From positions 1-35,483 of the forward strand of contig CAZJIP010000006.1 in assembly GCA_964546105.1 (NCBI GenBank): DNA of 35,483 bases, given 5' to 3'. Shown here one piece after another: positions 8,143-18,220 of this stretch (positions within the stretch are counted from its first letter, which is position 1; every line of letters starts with the position of its first letter). Source of the DNA: an uncultured Methanomassiliicoccales archaeon. Lineage in GTDB: Archaea > Thermoplasmatota > Thermoplasmata > RBG-16-68-12. The position numbers and the translations under genes are program-made. A model generated the notes under the pieces. The model was not told where the DNA came from and ran no database searches. It saw only the letters and a program-made list of their open reading frames with translations.

Positions 8143-8796
8143 TCACTTGAAGATCTCGCCCGTCTGGCGGCTCCACCAGAGGAGGTCGAGGACGCCGAGG
8201 GAAATGCCCAGCGTCTCCGCGAAATCGGCCATCCGGTTCTCGAGGGCGAGGTAGCGCTTCGGGGTCAGGGACTTCGGCATGCGGCCAATCACGCGGTGCC
8301 GGAGGAGGTTGCGCAGGATGTGGCGGTCCAGGATCGCGAGATCCTCCCCACGGCCGATGTTCCGGAGGAAGTGGCTTGCCTCCTTGAAGCCCAGGCCGTC
8401 GACCTCCGCGACGAGCCAGGTTCGAGCCTCCCTGGGATCCGCGAACCGGCCCAGGGTGGCCCCCAGCGTGGACCCCTCTGGCGAGAAGAAATACTCGCGC
8501 GCGCGTACGATGTAGGCCGCCTTGTGGTTGTGGAATCTGGTGCGATGCCGGAGTGCGCTGGCAATCTTCCCCGGACCGCCGGACCAGAGGAGCCCTTGCT
8601 CGGAAAGAAAACGCACCGCGGCGTCGCTGCTCCGCGCACTCGACTGGATCGCCAGAATCGCGAAGCAGAGTTCCTCGAAGAGCTGCTCGTCGGTCCCGCG
8701 GCCGACGCGGCGGAAGTGGGCCAGACGGGCCTCGATGGCGTCCCGCTTGGAGGCCAACTCCTCCCGAAGCGCGTCCAGCTCCCGGTACGCGAGCAA
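8143..8796 (-). CDS. ogg: 8-oxoguanine DNA glycosylase/AP lyase, archaeal Ogg2 type
   Basis: 217 aa of the HhH-GPD family. Contains LFEELCFAILAIQSSA and GLGFKEASHFLRNIGRGEDLAILDRHIL, as in the Ogg2 family. Confidence 0.85.
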   Translation of the reverse strand: MLAYRELDALREELASKRDAIEARLAHFRRVGRGTDEQLFEELCFAILAIQSSARSSDAAVRFLSEQGLLWSGGPGKIASALRHRTRFHNHKAAYIVRAREYFFSPEGSTLGATLGRFADPREARTWLVAEVDGLGFKEASHFLRNIGRGEDLAILDRHILRNLLRHRVIGRMPKSLTPKRYLALENRMADFAETLGISLGVLDLLWWSRQTGEIFK

Positions 8797-8820
8797 GGGT
8801 GGCGTCTAGGGAACTGGGTT

Positions 8821-9498
8821 TCATAAGTCTATGGGGACACGGGTGCCGAGCACGAGCCGGCGCCCGCGGAGCTGCGCCCGGCGAGCCGACACCTCCACAC
8901 CGGCGTCGATGGCAGCCCGCAGGGCTGCGCCGAAGGGCGGGTCCGTCACATCGTTTGGGGAGAAGCGAGACGCATGCCGGACCACGACGAACAGGAGAGC
9001 CGCCCGAACGCCGTGGCGGACGAGGGACGCCAGCTCGCGCACATGCTTCGTGCCGCGGAGCGTGGGGGCGTCGGGGAAGAGCCCGCGGTCCCCGACGACC
9101 AGGGAACACATCTTGACCTCAAGCCAGCAACGACCCGGCTCTTCGAGGACGAAGTCGAAGCGGGAGTCGTGCCGGCGGGCTTCCGGGCGCACGACGCGGT
9201 ACCCCGAGAATTCCGGAAGCGAACGGGCACTCAGCGCGTCCGCCACCGCAGTATTGGCGAGGCGCGTGTCCAGACACACCCACTCCCCGCTGCGGCGCAC
9301 CGCGAGGACGTCGAACCCCGTGGAGCGCGAAGCCCCCGCAATCGGGACGAGGCGGAGGGAGACACCCGGGAGGAGGAGCTCCCGGAGCCGCCCGGGATTG
9401 GGCAGGTGGGCATCGGCCAAGCCATCGCCCAGCTCCGCGCGGACTCGGAAGCGGTTGATCCGGGTCACGAACCGGGCGTCGACGAGGGCGTCCCTCAT
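8821..9498 (-). CDS. sfsA: SfsA family nuclease-fold protein (sugar fermentation stimulation protein homolog)
   Basis: Internal ATG at 9498 of listed ORF 8821..9774 gives MRDALVDARFVTRINRFRVRAEL..AHLPNPGRLRELL..RFDFVL..WLEVK..TLRGTKHVREL. The start overlaps the pepA stop (ATGA at 9495..9498). Confidence 0.85.
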   Translation of the reverse strand: MRDALVDARFVTRINRFRVRAELGDGLADAHLPNPGRLRELLLPGVSLRLVPIAGASRSTGFDVLAVRRSGEWVCLDTRLANTAVADALSARSLPEFSGYRVVRPEARRHDSRFDFVLEEPGRCWLEVKMCSLVVGDRGLFPDAPTLRGTKHVRELASLVRHGVRAALLFVVVRHASRFSPNDVTDPPFGAALRAAIDAGVEVSARRAQLRGRRLVLGTRVPIDL

Positions 9499-11024
9499 CC
9501 CGTCGCGTTCCAGTCGCGGAGGAGACGGACCAGGAGTCGCACGCCGTATCCCGACGCGCCCTTGGGCAGATATTCCTTCTTCGGAGAATCGGGGCCGTTC
9601 TCGATCCACGCGGTCCCGGCGATATCCAGGTGGGCCCAACTCATGCCCTCGGCGAACTTCTGAAGGAACTTCGCGGCGGTGATTGGGCCAGCGGACCGGC
9701 CGCCCGTGTTCTTGACGTCCGCGGAGTCGCTCTTGATCTGCTCGTCGTATTCGTCCCACAGGGGGAGCCGCCACAGCCGCTCCGAGGTGGCCGCGGCGGC
9801 GTTCTCGAGGCGCTTGGCGAGCGCCTCCTCGTTGCTGAACAATCCGGCGGCATGCCGGCCCAGGGCAACCTTCACCGCGCCCGTCAGCGTGGCCAGGTCG
9901 ATGACCGCCTGCGGCTTCAGGGTCTTCGCATACCCCAGGGCGTCCGCCAGGACGAGCCTACCCTCCGCGTCCGGATTCAGGACCTCGATGGTCTTGCCTC
10001 CGAACGAGCGGACAATGTCCCCCGGCCTCTGTGCGCTCCCGCTCGGCATGTTCTCCGTGAGTGGAGCCAAGGCGACCACATTCATCGGGAGCTTCAGGCG
10101 CGCGGCCGCGAGGACCGCGCTCAGCGCCACGGCGGCTCCGCCCATGTCGTACCGCATGAGCCACATGGGGTCCGTGCCTAGTGCCTCGAGTGGCTTCAGC
10201 GCAATTCCGCCCGAATCGAACGTGATCCCCTTCCCCACGAGGACGATGGGTTTGTTCTTCCCGCCACCGTCGTGCGACAGGACGAGGAACCGCGGAGGCT
10301 CGGCGCTTCCCTTGGCCACCCCGAGCAGGCATCCGAATCCCATCTTCTCGAGCTGCTTCTCGTCGAGGACAGTGAGCTTGGCTCCGGCTTCCTTCGCCGC
10401 ATCCCGGAGGCGGTCGGCGAACATCCGCGGCGTCTTCGTGTTGCTCGGGGCGTTCACCAGGTCGCGCGCGAAGTTCGTCATGGTCGCGATGACGGACGCA
10501 CGGTGGACCGCATCGCGCATGACGCCCGCCGCGGCCTTGTCCAGGTTCACAAGGGTCACGGACTCGATCTTCTTGCGGTCGCTCTCCGTCTTGTGCTCCG
10601 TGTAGCGGTACAGGCCCAGGAGGGTGCCTTCCACGACCGCTTCCGTGGCGTCCCCGAGATCCAGGTCGCCCACGCCGGCACCGTGGACGATGGACGCGAA
10701 CGTCCGGAGTCCCATGTCGCGGATCTTGATTGCTGCGGCTGCCGAGACCTCACGCACCCGGTCCAACGTGAAGTCGTCCCGCTTGCCCAGGCCGACGACC
10801 AGGACACGGTTCCCGGGAATGCGGTCGAAGGTCGGGAAGACCGTGATTTCCTTGAACCGACCTGTGATGTCGCCCGTCGCGATCATCGCGGTAATCTGAT
10901 GGTCAATCGCGGTGTCCACGGCGCCCGTTGCGCCGCCCGGATGACCGACCCCCTCGAACAGGTTCACGACGACGACCTCGTCCTCCCACCGAGCGATGTC
11001 GCCGACCTCGACATTGATCTTCAT
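9495..11024 (-). CDS. pepA: leucyl aminopeptidase, M17 family
   Basis: Contains VGKGITFDSGG and NPDAEGRLVLADAL. The probable start is MKINVEV at 11024. The listed ORF extends to 11135 through the promoter region. Confidence 0.85.
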   Translation of the reverse strand: MKINVEVGDIARWEDEVVVVNLFEGVGHPGGATGAVDTAIDHQITAMIATGDITGRFKEITVFPTFDRIPGNRVLVVGLGKRDDFTLDRVREVSAAAAIKIRDMGLRTFASIVHGAGVGDLDLGDATEAVVEGTLLGLYRYTEHKTESDRKKIESVTLVNLDKAAAGVMRDAVHRASVIATMTNFARDLVNAPSNTKTPRMFADRLRDAAKEAGAKLTVLDEKQLEKMGFGCLLGVAKGSAEPPRFLVLSHDGGGKNKPIVLVGKGITFDSGGIALKPLEALGTDPMWLMRYDMGGAAVALSAVLAAARLKLPMNVVALAPLTENMPSGSAQRPGDIVRSFGGKTIEVLNPDAEGRLVLADALGYAKTLKPQAVIDLATLTGAVKVALGRHAAGLFSNEEALAKRLENAAAATSERLWRLPLWDEYDEQIKSDSADVKNTGGRSAGPITAAKFLQKFAEGMSWAHLDIAGTAWIENGPDSPKKEYLPKGASGYGVRLLVRLLRDWNATG

Positions 11025-11136
11025 GGAAATCCCCGGCTCGACGACCTCATTCGCGAGGGATGGATAAGCTTCACGGCCATAGAATGGGACCGCAGGCCCT
11101 GGGAGATTCGGGTGCTCCTTGCACGACCGCCTCACG

Positions 11137-11144
11137 TTTAAATA
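11137..11144 (+). promoter_or_regulatory. TATA box of sodN (leaderless-type spacing)
   Basis: TTTAAATA centred about 28 nt upstream of the sodN ATG at 11168. Confidence 0.45.
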
Positions 11145-11167
11145 CGGGGGTCGGCTACGACGCGATC

Positions 11168-11689
11168 ATGTCCGTCGCACACAAGCTACTCCGAGCCCTC
11201 GACCGAGTCGCGCCCGCGCCGGTCGCCTATGCCCACTGCGACATCCCCTGCGGGATCTACGATCCCCACCACGCCCAGCTCGCGGCGCACACGGTGATCC
11301 GAATGGTCGACCTGATCGGCCAGCTCGAGAAGCCCGGCCCGAACGCCACGCCCGAGCAGAAGCAGGAATACCACAACAAGCTCGCCCGCTACATCGCCAC
11401 GAAGGAGCAGCACGCGGAGATCTACAAGCACGAGATCCGCATCCTGTACGGGGATTACTTCAAGCCGGAGCACCTTCAGCAGTTCCCGCAGCTCCACGAC
11501 ACGGTCTGGAAGGCCCTCAAGGCGGGGAGCAAGGGACGCCAGGAGATCAACCTGGCCGCGTCGGAAGACATGCTCAAGCTCGCCAACGAGATCGCGGAGG
11601 CCTTCTGGAAGACCAAGGGGATCGCCACGTACAAGGCGAAGGCCCCCTACCCCACGGCCCGCGAGACGGTGTATCCTAAGCTCGGGTAG
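11168..11689 (+). CDS. sodN: nickel superoxide dismutase precursor
   Basis: The Ni-hook HCDIPCGIYDP (HCxxPCGxY) is preceded by a 22-aa propeptide, MSVAHKLLRALDRVAPAPVAYA. The ATG at 11168 lies inside listed ORF 11060..11689. Confidence 0.9.
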   Translation: MSVAHKLLRALDRVAPAPVAYAHCDIPCGIYDPHHAQLAAHTVIRMVDLIGQLEKPGPNATPEQKQEYHNKLARYIATKEQHAEIYKHEIRILYGDYFKPEHLQQFPQLHDTVWKALKAGSKGRQEINLAASEDMLKLANEIAEAFWKTKGIATYKAKAPYPTARETVYPKLG

Positions 11690-11703
11690 GCGATACGGGG
11701 GTC

Positions 11704-12009
11704 GTGTTCCCCCTGGGTCGGTTCCGCGTCGAGGACCATAGCATGGAGCCCGCGCTCCGCCCCGGGGACTACGTGATTGTGAACCGCTGGGCCTACCGCA
11801 AGAGGGAGCCCGAGGCGGGGGACATTGTGGTCCTGCAGAATCCGGAGGCCCCGCGACAGTTCCTCGTGAAGCGCATCATGTCCGGGGACCGCCAAGCGGG
11901 CTTCTTCGTGCTCGGGGACAACGACGCGCACAGCCGAGACAGCCGCCACTTCGGCATGGTTCCTCTCCACATGATTTCCGGCAAGGTGCGGCTTCGCGCG
12001 AAGGCGTGA
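11704..12009 (+). CDS. sodX: NiSOD maturation protease (S26 signal-peptidase-like)
   Basis: 101 aa with a GTG start. S26 boxes are SMEPAL (Ser), LVKRI (Lys) and GDNDAHSRDSR. It lies 15 nt downstream of sodN. Confidence 0.85.
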   Translation: MFPLGRFRVEDHSMEPALRPGDYVIVNRWAYRKREPEAGDIVVLQNPEAPRQFLVKRIMSGDRQAGFFVLGDNDAHSRDSRHFGMVPLHMISGKVRLRAKA

Positions 12010-12057
12010 GGTCCGGCTCGGCGCGGAAGGTTTATCGCGAACTTACGTCTCGGCGAT

Positions 12058-12112
12058 CCGGGTGATGAGGCCCACCCCCAACCGCCCCGCCCAGGGCTGA
12101 TGGCTTCTACCG
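12058..12112 (+). promoter_or_regulatory. fluoride riboswitch (crcB RNA motif)
   Basis: GGGUGAUGAGGCCCACCCCCAACCGCCCCGCCCAGGGCUGAUGGCUUCUACCG aligns almost base for base with the Thermotoga petrophila fluoride riboswitch as I recall it (GGGCGAUGAGGCCCGCCCAAACUGCCCUGAAAAGGGCUGAUGGCCUCUACUG). P1 carries a compensatory change (C-G to U-A). The pseudoknot GAGGCC/GGCUUC is retained. It sits 60 nt upstream of crcB. Confidence 0.85.
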
Positions 12113-12172
12113 CGAACTGGGCGAGGCGGCACGGCGGCCCTCCGGGTCCCGGCGCCGCAGGACGGGGCAACC

Positions 12173-12562
12173 ATGGACTGGGACCAAGTGAAGCTCGTGG
12201 GACTCGTGGCCCTGGGTGGGGCCTTCGGGAGCGTCGTGCGGTACGTCGCGTCGGGGTACGTCACCCGGGGCGACTTCCCCTGGGGTACGTTCTTCGTTAA
12301 CCTCACGGGGAGCTTCCTTCTGGCGGTGCTGTTCTTCCTCGCGATGGGACGTGGGTTCATCACATCGGAGCTGCGAGCCTTGGTTTTCATCGGGGTCTTC
12401 GGCGGGTACACGACCATGTCCACGTTCAGCCTCGAGACGGTCACCCTCATGTCCGAGGGGCAGCTTGGCTGGGCCGCGGGAAACATTTTCCTGAACGCAG
12501 GGCTATGCGTGGTCGGGGCGTACCTGGGGCGGGCGGTTGGAATCTTTCTAGGGGGCGCGTGA
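12173..12562 (+). CDS. crcB: fluoride ion channel CrcB/FluC
   Basis: 129 aa with 4 TM spans. Contains GGAFGSVVRY, WGTFFVNLTGSF and GGYTTMSTF. Confidence 0.9.
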   Translation: MDWDQVKLVGLVALGGAFGSVVRYVASGYVTRGDFPWGTFFVNLTGSFLLAVLFFLAMGRGFITSELRALVFIGVFGGYTTMSTFSLETVTLMSEGQLGWAAGNIFLNAGLCVVGAYLGRAVGIFLGGA

Positions 12563-12563
12563 C

Positions 12564-12893
12564 ATGGACCTCGAGGAGAAGGCGGTGCGGGTCAAGGTCT
12601 ATGTGGGGGAATCGGATCGCTACGGCGGCCTGCCCGCGTACAAGGCCGTGGTCCACTACCTGCGGGAGCAGGGGATCTGGGGGGCCACGGTCACCCGCGG
12701 CGTGTACGGGTTCGGGAAGCGAAGCCTGCTCCATACGTCGACGCCGCTGCGGCTCAGCGAGGACCTGCCCATGATCATCGAGGCCGTGGACTCGGAGAAG
12801 AAGATCGCCGCAGTCATCCCGAAGGTCAGCGAGATGGTCAAGGGCGGGCTGATCACCGTGGAGAATGTCCGCGTGATGCGGCACCTGGGTTGA
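12564..12893 (+). CDS. DUF190 (PII-like) protein commonly paired with crcB
   Basis: 109 aa. Contains VKVYVGESDRYGGLPAYKAVVHYLREQGIWGATVTRGVYGFG and PMIIEAVD. Starts 1 nt after the crcB stop. Confidence 0.85.
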   Translation: MDLEEKAVRVKVYVGESDRYGGLPAYKAVVHYLREQGIWGATVTRGVYGFGKRSLLHTSTPLRLSEDLPMIIEAVDSEKKIAAVIPKVSEMVKGGLITVENVRVMRHLG

Positions 12894-12897
12894 GGGT

Positions 12898-13698
12898 TCA
12901 ATCCCACTTCTCGAACCGTACGAGGGCGAACCCCAGCTGCTTGCACAGGTTCTGCACGTCCTCGACCATATTGTTGAGCCCGCAGATCAGGACCTGCTTG
13001 CTCGCGTAGTCTTTGAGCTCGTTCTGGATGATCTTCTGGACGTAGCCCACGCGCCCCTTGTAGTCCGGCGTTTCGGGGCGGGAGACGGTCGAGTGGTAGT
13101 GGAAGTTGGGGTGCTCCCTCTCCCACTTGAGGAAGAGGTCGTGGTAGATCAGCTCGTGCGTGTAGCGGGTGCCAAAGACCAGGTGGAGCTCGTGCCCGTC
13201 GTCTAGGTTGTTCGCGAAGATGTGGCCCAGGTGGGACACGAAGGGGGCCACGCCGGTCCCTGTGGCGACGAAGACCGTGTCGTACGCGAGCGGCTCCTGC
13301 AGGACGAAGCGCCCGAGGGGCGCGATGGACGCAAGCTTGGTCCCGGGGGCGAGGTGGTGCATGTGGTTCGACATGAAGCCGCCCTCGACCACCTTGACGC
13401 AGAGCTCGAGGTAGTCCTTGTTCTCCGGCCAGGAGGCGATGGAGTAGGGCCGGGAGATCTTCTTGCCCTCCTTCTCCGCGAACATGGAGATAAACTGGCC
13501 GGGCTCGAAGTCGAAAACGGGCTCGTTCTCGAACGTGAAGCGGATCAGGTAGGTTTCCGGGGCCTTCGGCGTGATGTCGAAGACCTCCTTCACGATCGCG
13601 GTGTGCTTCCCGGACCGGAATTTCGGAGGCGCCTCCTTGATCACGGGTTTCGCCTGCGCCACCGCGGGGGTGGGGGCCGTGCCTTGCATCATGCGCAC
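12898..13698 (-). CDS. FNR-family FAD/NAD(P)-binding oxidoreductase
   Basis: Contains RPYSIAS (RxYS FAD motif), GTGVAPF (NAD(P) motif) and ICGLNNMV. Possible starts are GTG 13698, ATG 13692 and ATG 13689. A TATA-like box sits at 13718..13725. Confidence 0.8.
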   Translation of the reverse strand: MRMMQGTAPTPAVAQAKPVIKEAPPKFRSGKHTAIVKEVFDITPKAPETYLIRFTFENEPVFDFEPGQFISMFAEKEGKKISRPYSIASWPENKDYLELCVKVVEGGFMSNHMHHLAPGTKLASIAPLGRFVLQEPLAYDTVFVATGTGVAPFVSHLGHIFANNLDDGHELHLVFGTRYTHELIYHDLFLKWEREHPNFHYHSTVSRPETPDYKGRVGYVQKIIQNELKDYASKQVLICGLNNMVEDVQNLCKQLGFALVRFEKWD

Positions 13699-13717
13699 TC
13701 GGGCACCCCCAGGCCCA

Positions 13718-13725
13718 ATTTAAAC
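13718..13725 (-). promoter_or_regulatory. TATA box of the FNR-family gene
   Basis: The minus strand reads GTTTAAAT, 20-30 nt upstream of the clustered start codons at 13689..13698. Confidence 0.4.
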
Positions 13726-13993
13726 GTTTGTCCGCAGTTGTCGTGCACCGGAAATCGTTCAGGCTTTCCTAATTCAGGGCTACTTGGTCGTGCCGTCGAC
13801 GATCCGCACGCGGTTCGTCATCCTGCGAAAGGGGTACTTTGATGACGGGGGGCGTACTCACGCCGCCCTATCGGCGGGTATGGTCAGATCAGTCGTGTCG
13901 AAGTCCGGTGTGGAAAAAACCCAAGCGGCCTGTGCAGAGGAGTTCGGCAGCGGCACCGGCGGCCAATTCCACCTGCACGCGCGTGACAAGCCG

Positions 13994-16330
<2,337 letters not shown>

Positions 16331-16385
16331 TCAAACGCCCGGACCGTCGGGACGCGCCTTCCCCATCGAGCATGCGGATGTCGGA

Positions 16386-16408
16386 GATAAGGGTTATCAT
16401 CAGATAAT
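16386..16408. promoter_or_regulatory. Fur/PerR-box-like array of GATAA/TTATC pentamers in the katG-fur divergent region
   Basis: The sequence is GATAAgggTTATCatcaGATAAT. Two overlapping inverted repeats share the central TTATC. This is the only AT-rich patch between katG and the Fur-family gene, and it resembles GATAAT-hexamer Fur boxes. Confidence 0.5.
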
Positions 16409-16928
16409 GGCTATCCGGTGTTCCTCGGAGGATGGCTCTCCTGGGCGGGCCAACCTTTATTGGCGCCCGACCGTTTCAGTTCTTCCCGTGGCGCCGCGAC
16501 GAGACGTCCAACGCGCAAAAGCGCTCCTGGAAGGGAAACGGCAGCGGGTGACCCCCCAGCGCGTCGCCTTGCTCGCCGCTCTCCTAGGCGGCCCCTTGCA
16601 TCCCACCGCGACTGAGCTGCACGCGAAGCTGAGGATGGGGCAGCCGAGCTTGAGCTTGGCGACCGTCTACAAGAACCTCGCCACGCTGGCCCGGATGGGC
16701 ATGGTCGTCCAAGTGAACGTGCCAGGCGACGACGACCGCTTCGAAGCGAACCTCCACCCCCACGCCAATTTCCTCTGCACGTCGTGCCGCGAAATCACGG
16801 ACATCGACGGTCCGCAGTTCGAGAAGTTCGAGGACCGCGTCCGAGCGACCATCAAAGGCGAAATCGATCAGGTCCAGATTCTGATCCGAGGCACCTGCGC
16901 ACGCTGTCGGCGTCGCGGCAGGAATTGA
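16407..16928 (+). CDS. Fur family transcriptional regulator (PerR-like by context)
   Basis: Contains QRVTPQRVALLAALL, the recognition helix LATVYKNLATLARMGMV, HPH, and two CxxC pairs (CTSC, CARC). The first ATG (16407) lies inside the palindrome. GTG 16488 would give a typical 146-aa Fur, so the true start is uncertain. Confidence 0.8.
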   Translation: MAIRCSSEDGSPGRANLYWRPTVSVLPVAPRRDVQRAKALLEGKRQRVTPQRVALLAALLGGPLHPTATELHAKLRMGQPSLSLATVYKNLATLARMGMVVQVNVPGDDDRFEANLHPHANFLCTSCREITDIDGPQFEKFEDRVRATIKGEIDQVQILIRGTCARCRRRGRN

Positions 16929-17005
16929 GCCGTGTGGCACGACGTTTAACCGGACGGACGCGCGTACCGTTCGATGCGCCGAGTAGCTTCCGCCACCATG
17001 CCGCA

Positions 17006-17641
17006 TCAGGAGGAATTCCGAGATTCGCGGCTGGACGTCCAGTTGACGGACCTCGCGGCAGCGGGCTTCTTCTCGAGGAGGACGTAGGCACAGACGAGGC
17101 CCGCGACCGCGCCTCCCAGCAGTCGGCCGATCCAGTAAACGTAGTAGTTCGTGAAGAATCCGGCGAGCGCCGCAGGGCCGAACCAGCACGCAGGGTTCAT
17201 GGCGGCACCGGTGATCGGCCCCTCCGTGAGGACATCCAGGGCGACGGTCAACCCGATGGCCATGCCGCCCACCGCGTGGAAAGCGCCCTTCGGATCGATG
17301 CCCGTCCCGTAGACAGCGAAGACGAGGAAGAAAGTCAGGACAGCCTCCACGAGAATCGGGGTCCCGATGGCGACGCCCGAGGCAACCGCAGGAGCGCCGA
17401 GGTAATTCGGAGCCAAGGCACCGGCCGGAAGATCGGAATAAGGAAGGCCGCGGCCGTTAAGCCCCCGAGGAGCTAGGAGATCCAGTACACGACGGCGAGC
17501 TTGAGGTCGAGCGGGCGTCCCGCGAAGGTGCCGAACGTCACGGCGGGGTTTAGGTGTCCGCCGGAAATGTGGCCCGTGGCGGAGACCATGACGCCGATTG
17601 CGAGCCCGTGCGCGAGGGAATCAAGAGGAGCCGTGCGTTCG
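17006..17641 (-). pseudogene. MIP/aquaporin gene remnant: 5'-truncated, in-frame TAG, and one frameshift
   Basis: On the minus strand, 17641..17476 reads ..LAHGLAIGVMVSATGHISGGHLNPAVTFGTFAGRPLDLKLAVVYWIS. A TAG (17475..17473) then sits where MIP channels have Q (YxxAQLLG), and the frame continues LLGGLTAAAFLIPIF. The frame then slips near 17425..17435 into listed ORF 17006..17416 (..APNYLGAPAVASGVAIGTPILVEAVLTFF..GAAMNPACWFGP). No TM1 is coded upstream, because the neighbouring gene stops at 17648. Confidence 0.7.
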
Positions 17642-17647
17642 GGTCGC

Positions 17648-18142
17648 CTAAGCGAAGTAGGACGCGGAGCCGCGGTCGAAGTTGGGTACGAATTCCAGAT
17701 GGAGCTCCTGAGGCTGCCAGGCCGCGTCCGGGAAGACCAAGTTGGGGAAGAATTGGGAGAAGTCCCGGGAAATCTGGGACACGAGGTGCTCCTGACCGAA
17801 CAGGGCCTGCGCGATCGCGCGGGCCCGGTCCCGGCAGACGAGCTCGTCCACGAACCCGACGGAGTGGAGGTACTCGTGGAGGAGGACGTAGAACGCGTAG
17901 GGCTTGTACAGCTCCGGATTCGTCTCCTGGATCCGGAGCAGCGGGACCTTGTTCATCACAATCACGTTGGTCGCTACCGGATAGAAGGCGCCGAGGAACC
18001 CCTGGGGATGGTTTCCCAGGTCCGCGAGCGCGAGCATGAGGCCCGCGCGGTTGCGGCCCAGGACCGCCGACACCGCGCGCTTCACGACCTCGAAGAGGTC
18101 CGCGAGGTTTCGCGCCTGGTCCAGCTGCTTCGCGTAGTCCAT
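17648..18142 (-). CDS. hypothetical soluble protein with HExxH motif (putative zinc metallopeptidase)
   Basis: 164 aa. Contains YAFYVLLHEYLHSVGF. I recall no family name. Confidence 0.6.
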   Translation of the reverse strand: MDYAKQLDQARNLADLFEVVKRAVSAVLGRNRAGLMLALADLGNHPQGFLGAFYPVATNVIVMNKVPLLRIQETNPELYKPYAFYVLLHEYLHSVGFVDELVCRDRARAIAQALFGQEHLVSQISRDFSQFFPNLVFPDAAWQPQELHLEFVPNFDRGSASYFA

Positions 18143-18220
18143 CGGACGCGTCGACGTCGCCGGTGGAACTTAAGGACTTGCTCAGGGAGAACTTACCACT
18201 TCGCGCTTCGCAGACGCGGT

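Noticed and set aside
8054-9109. 351-aa minus-strand ORF across ogg and sfsA
   Set aside because: It is a shadow frame. ogg (8143..8796) and sfsA (8821..9498) carry clear family motifs in other frames.
13914-13919. T6 tract (minus strand) about 75 nt downstream of the katG stop, and T5 at 19545..19549 after nikR, as archaeal terminators
   Set aside because: They are plausible, but a short oligo-T alone is weak evidence, so I did not list them as features.
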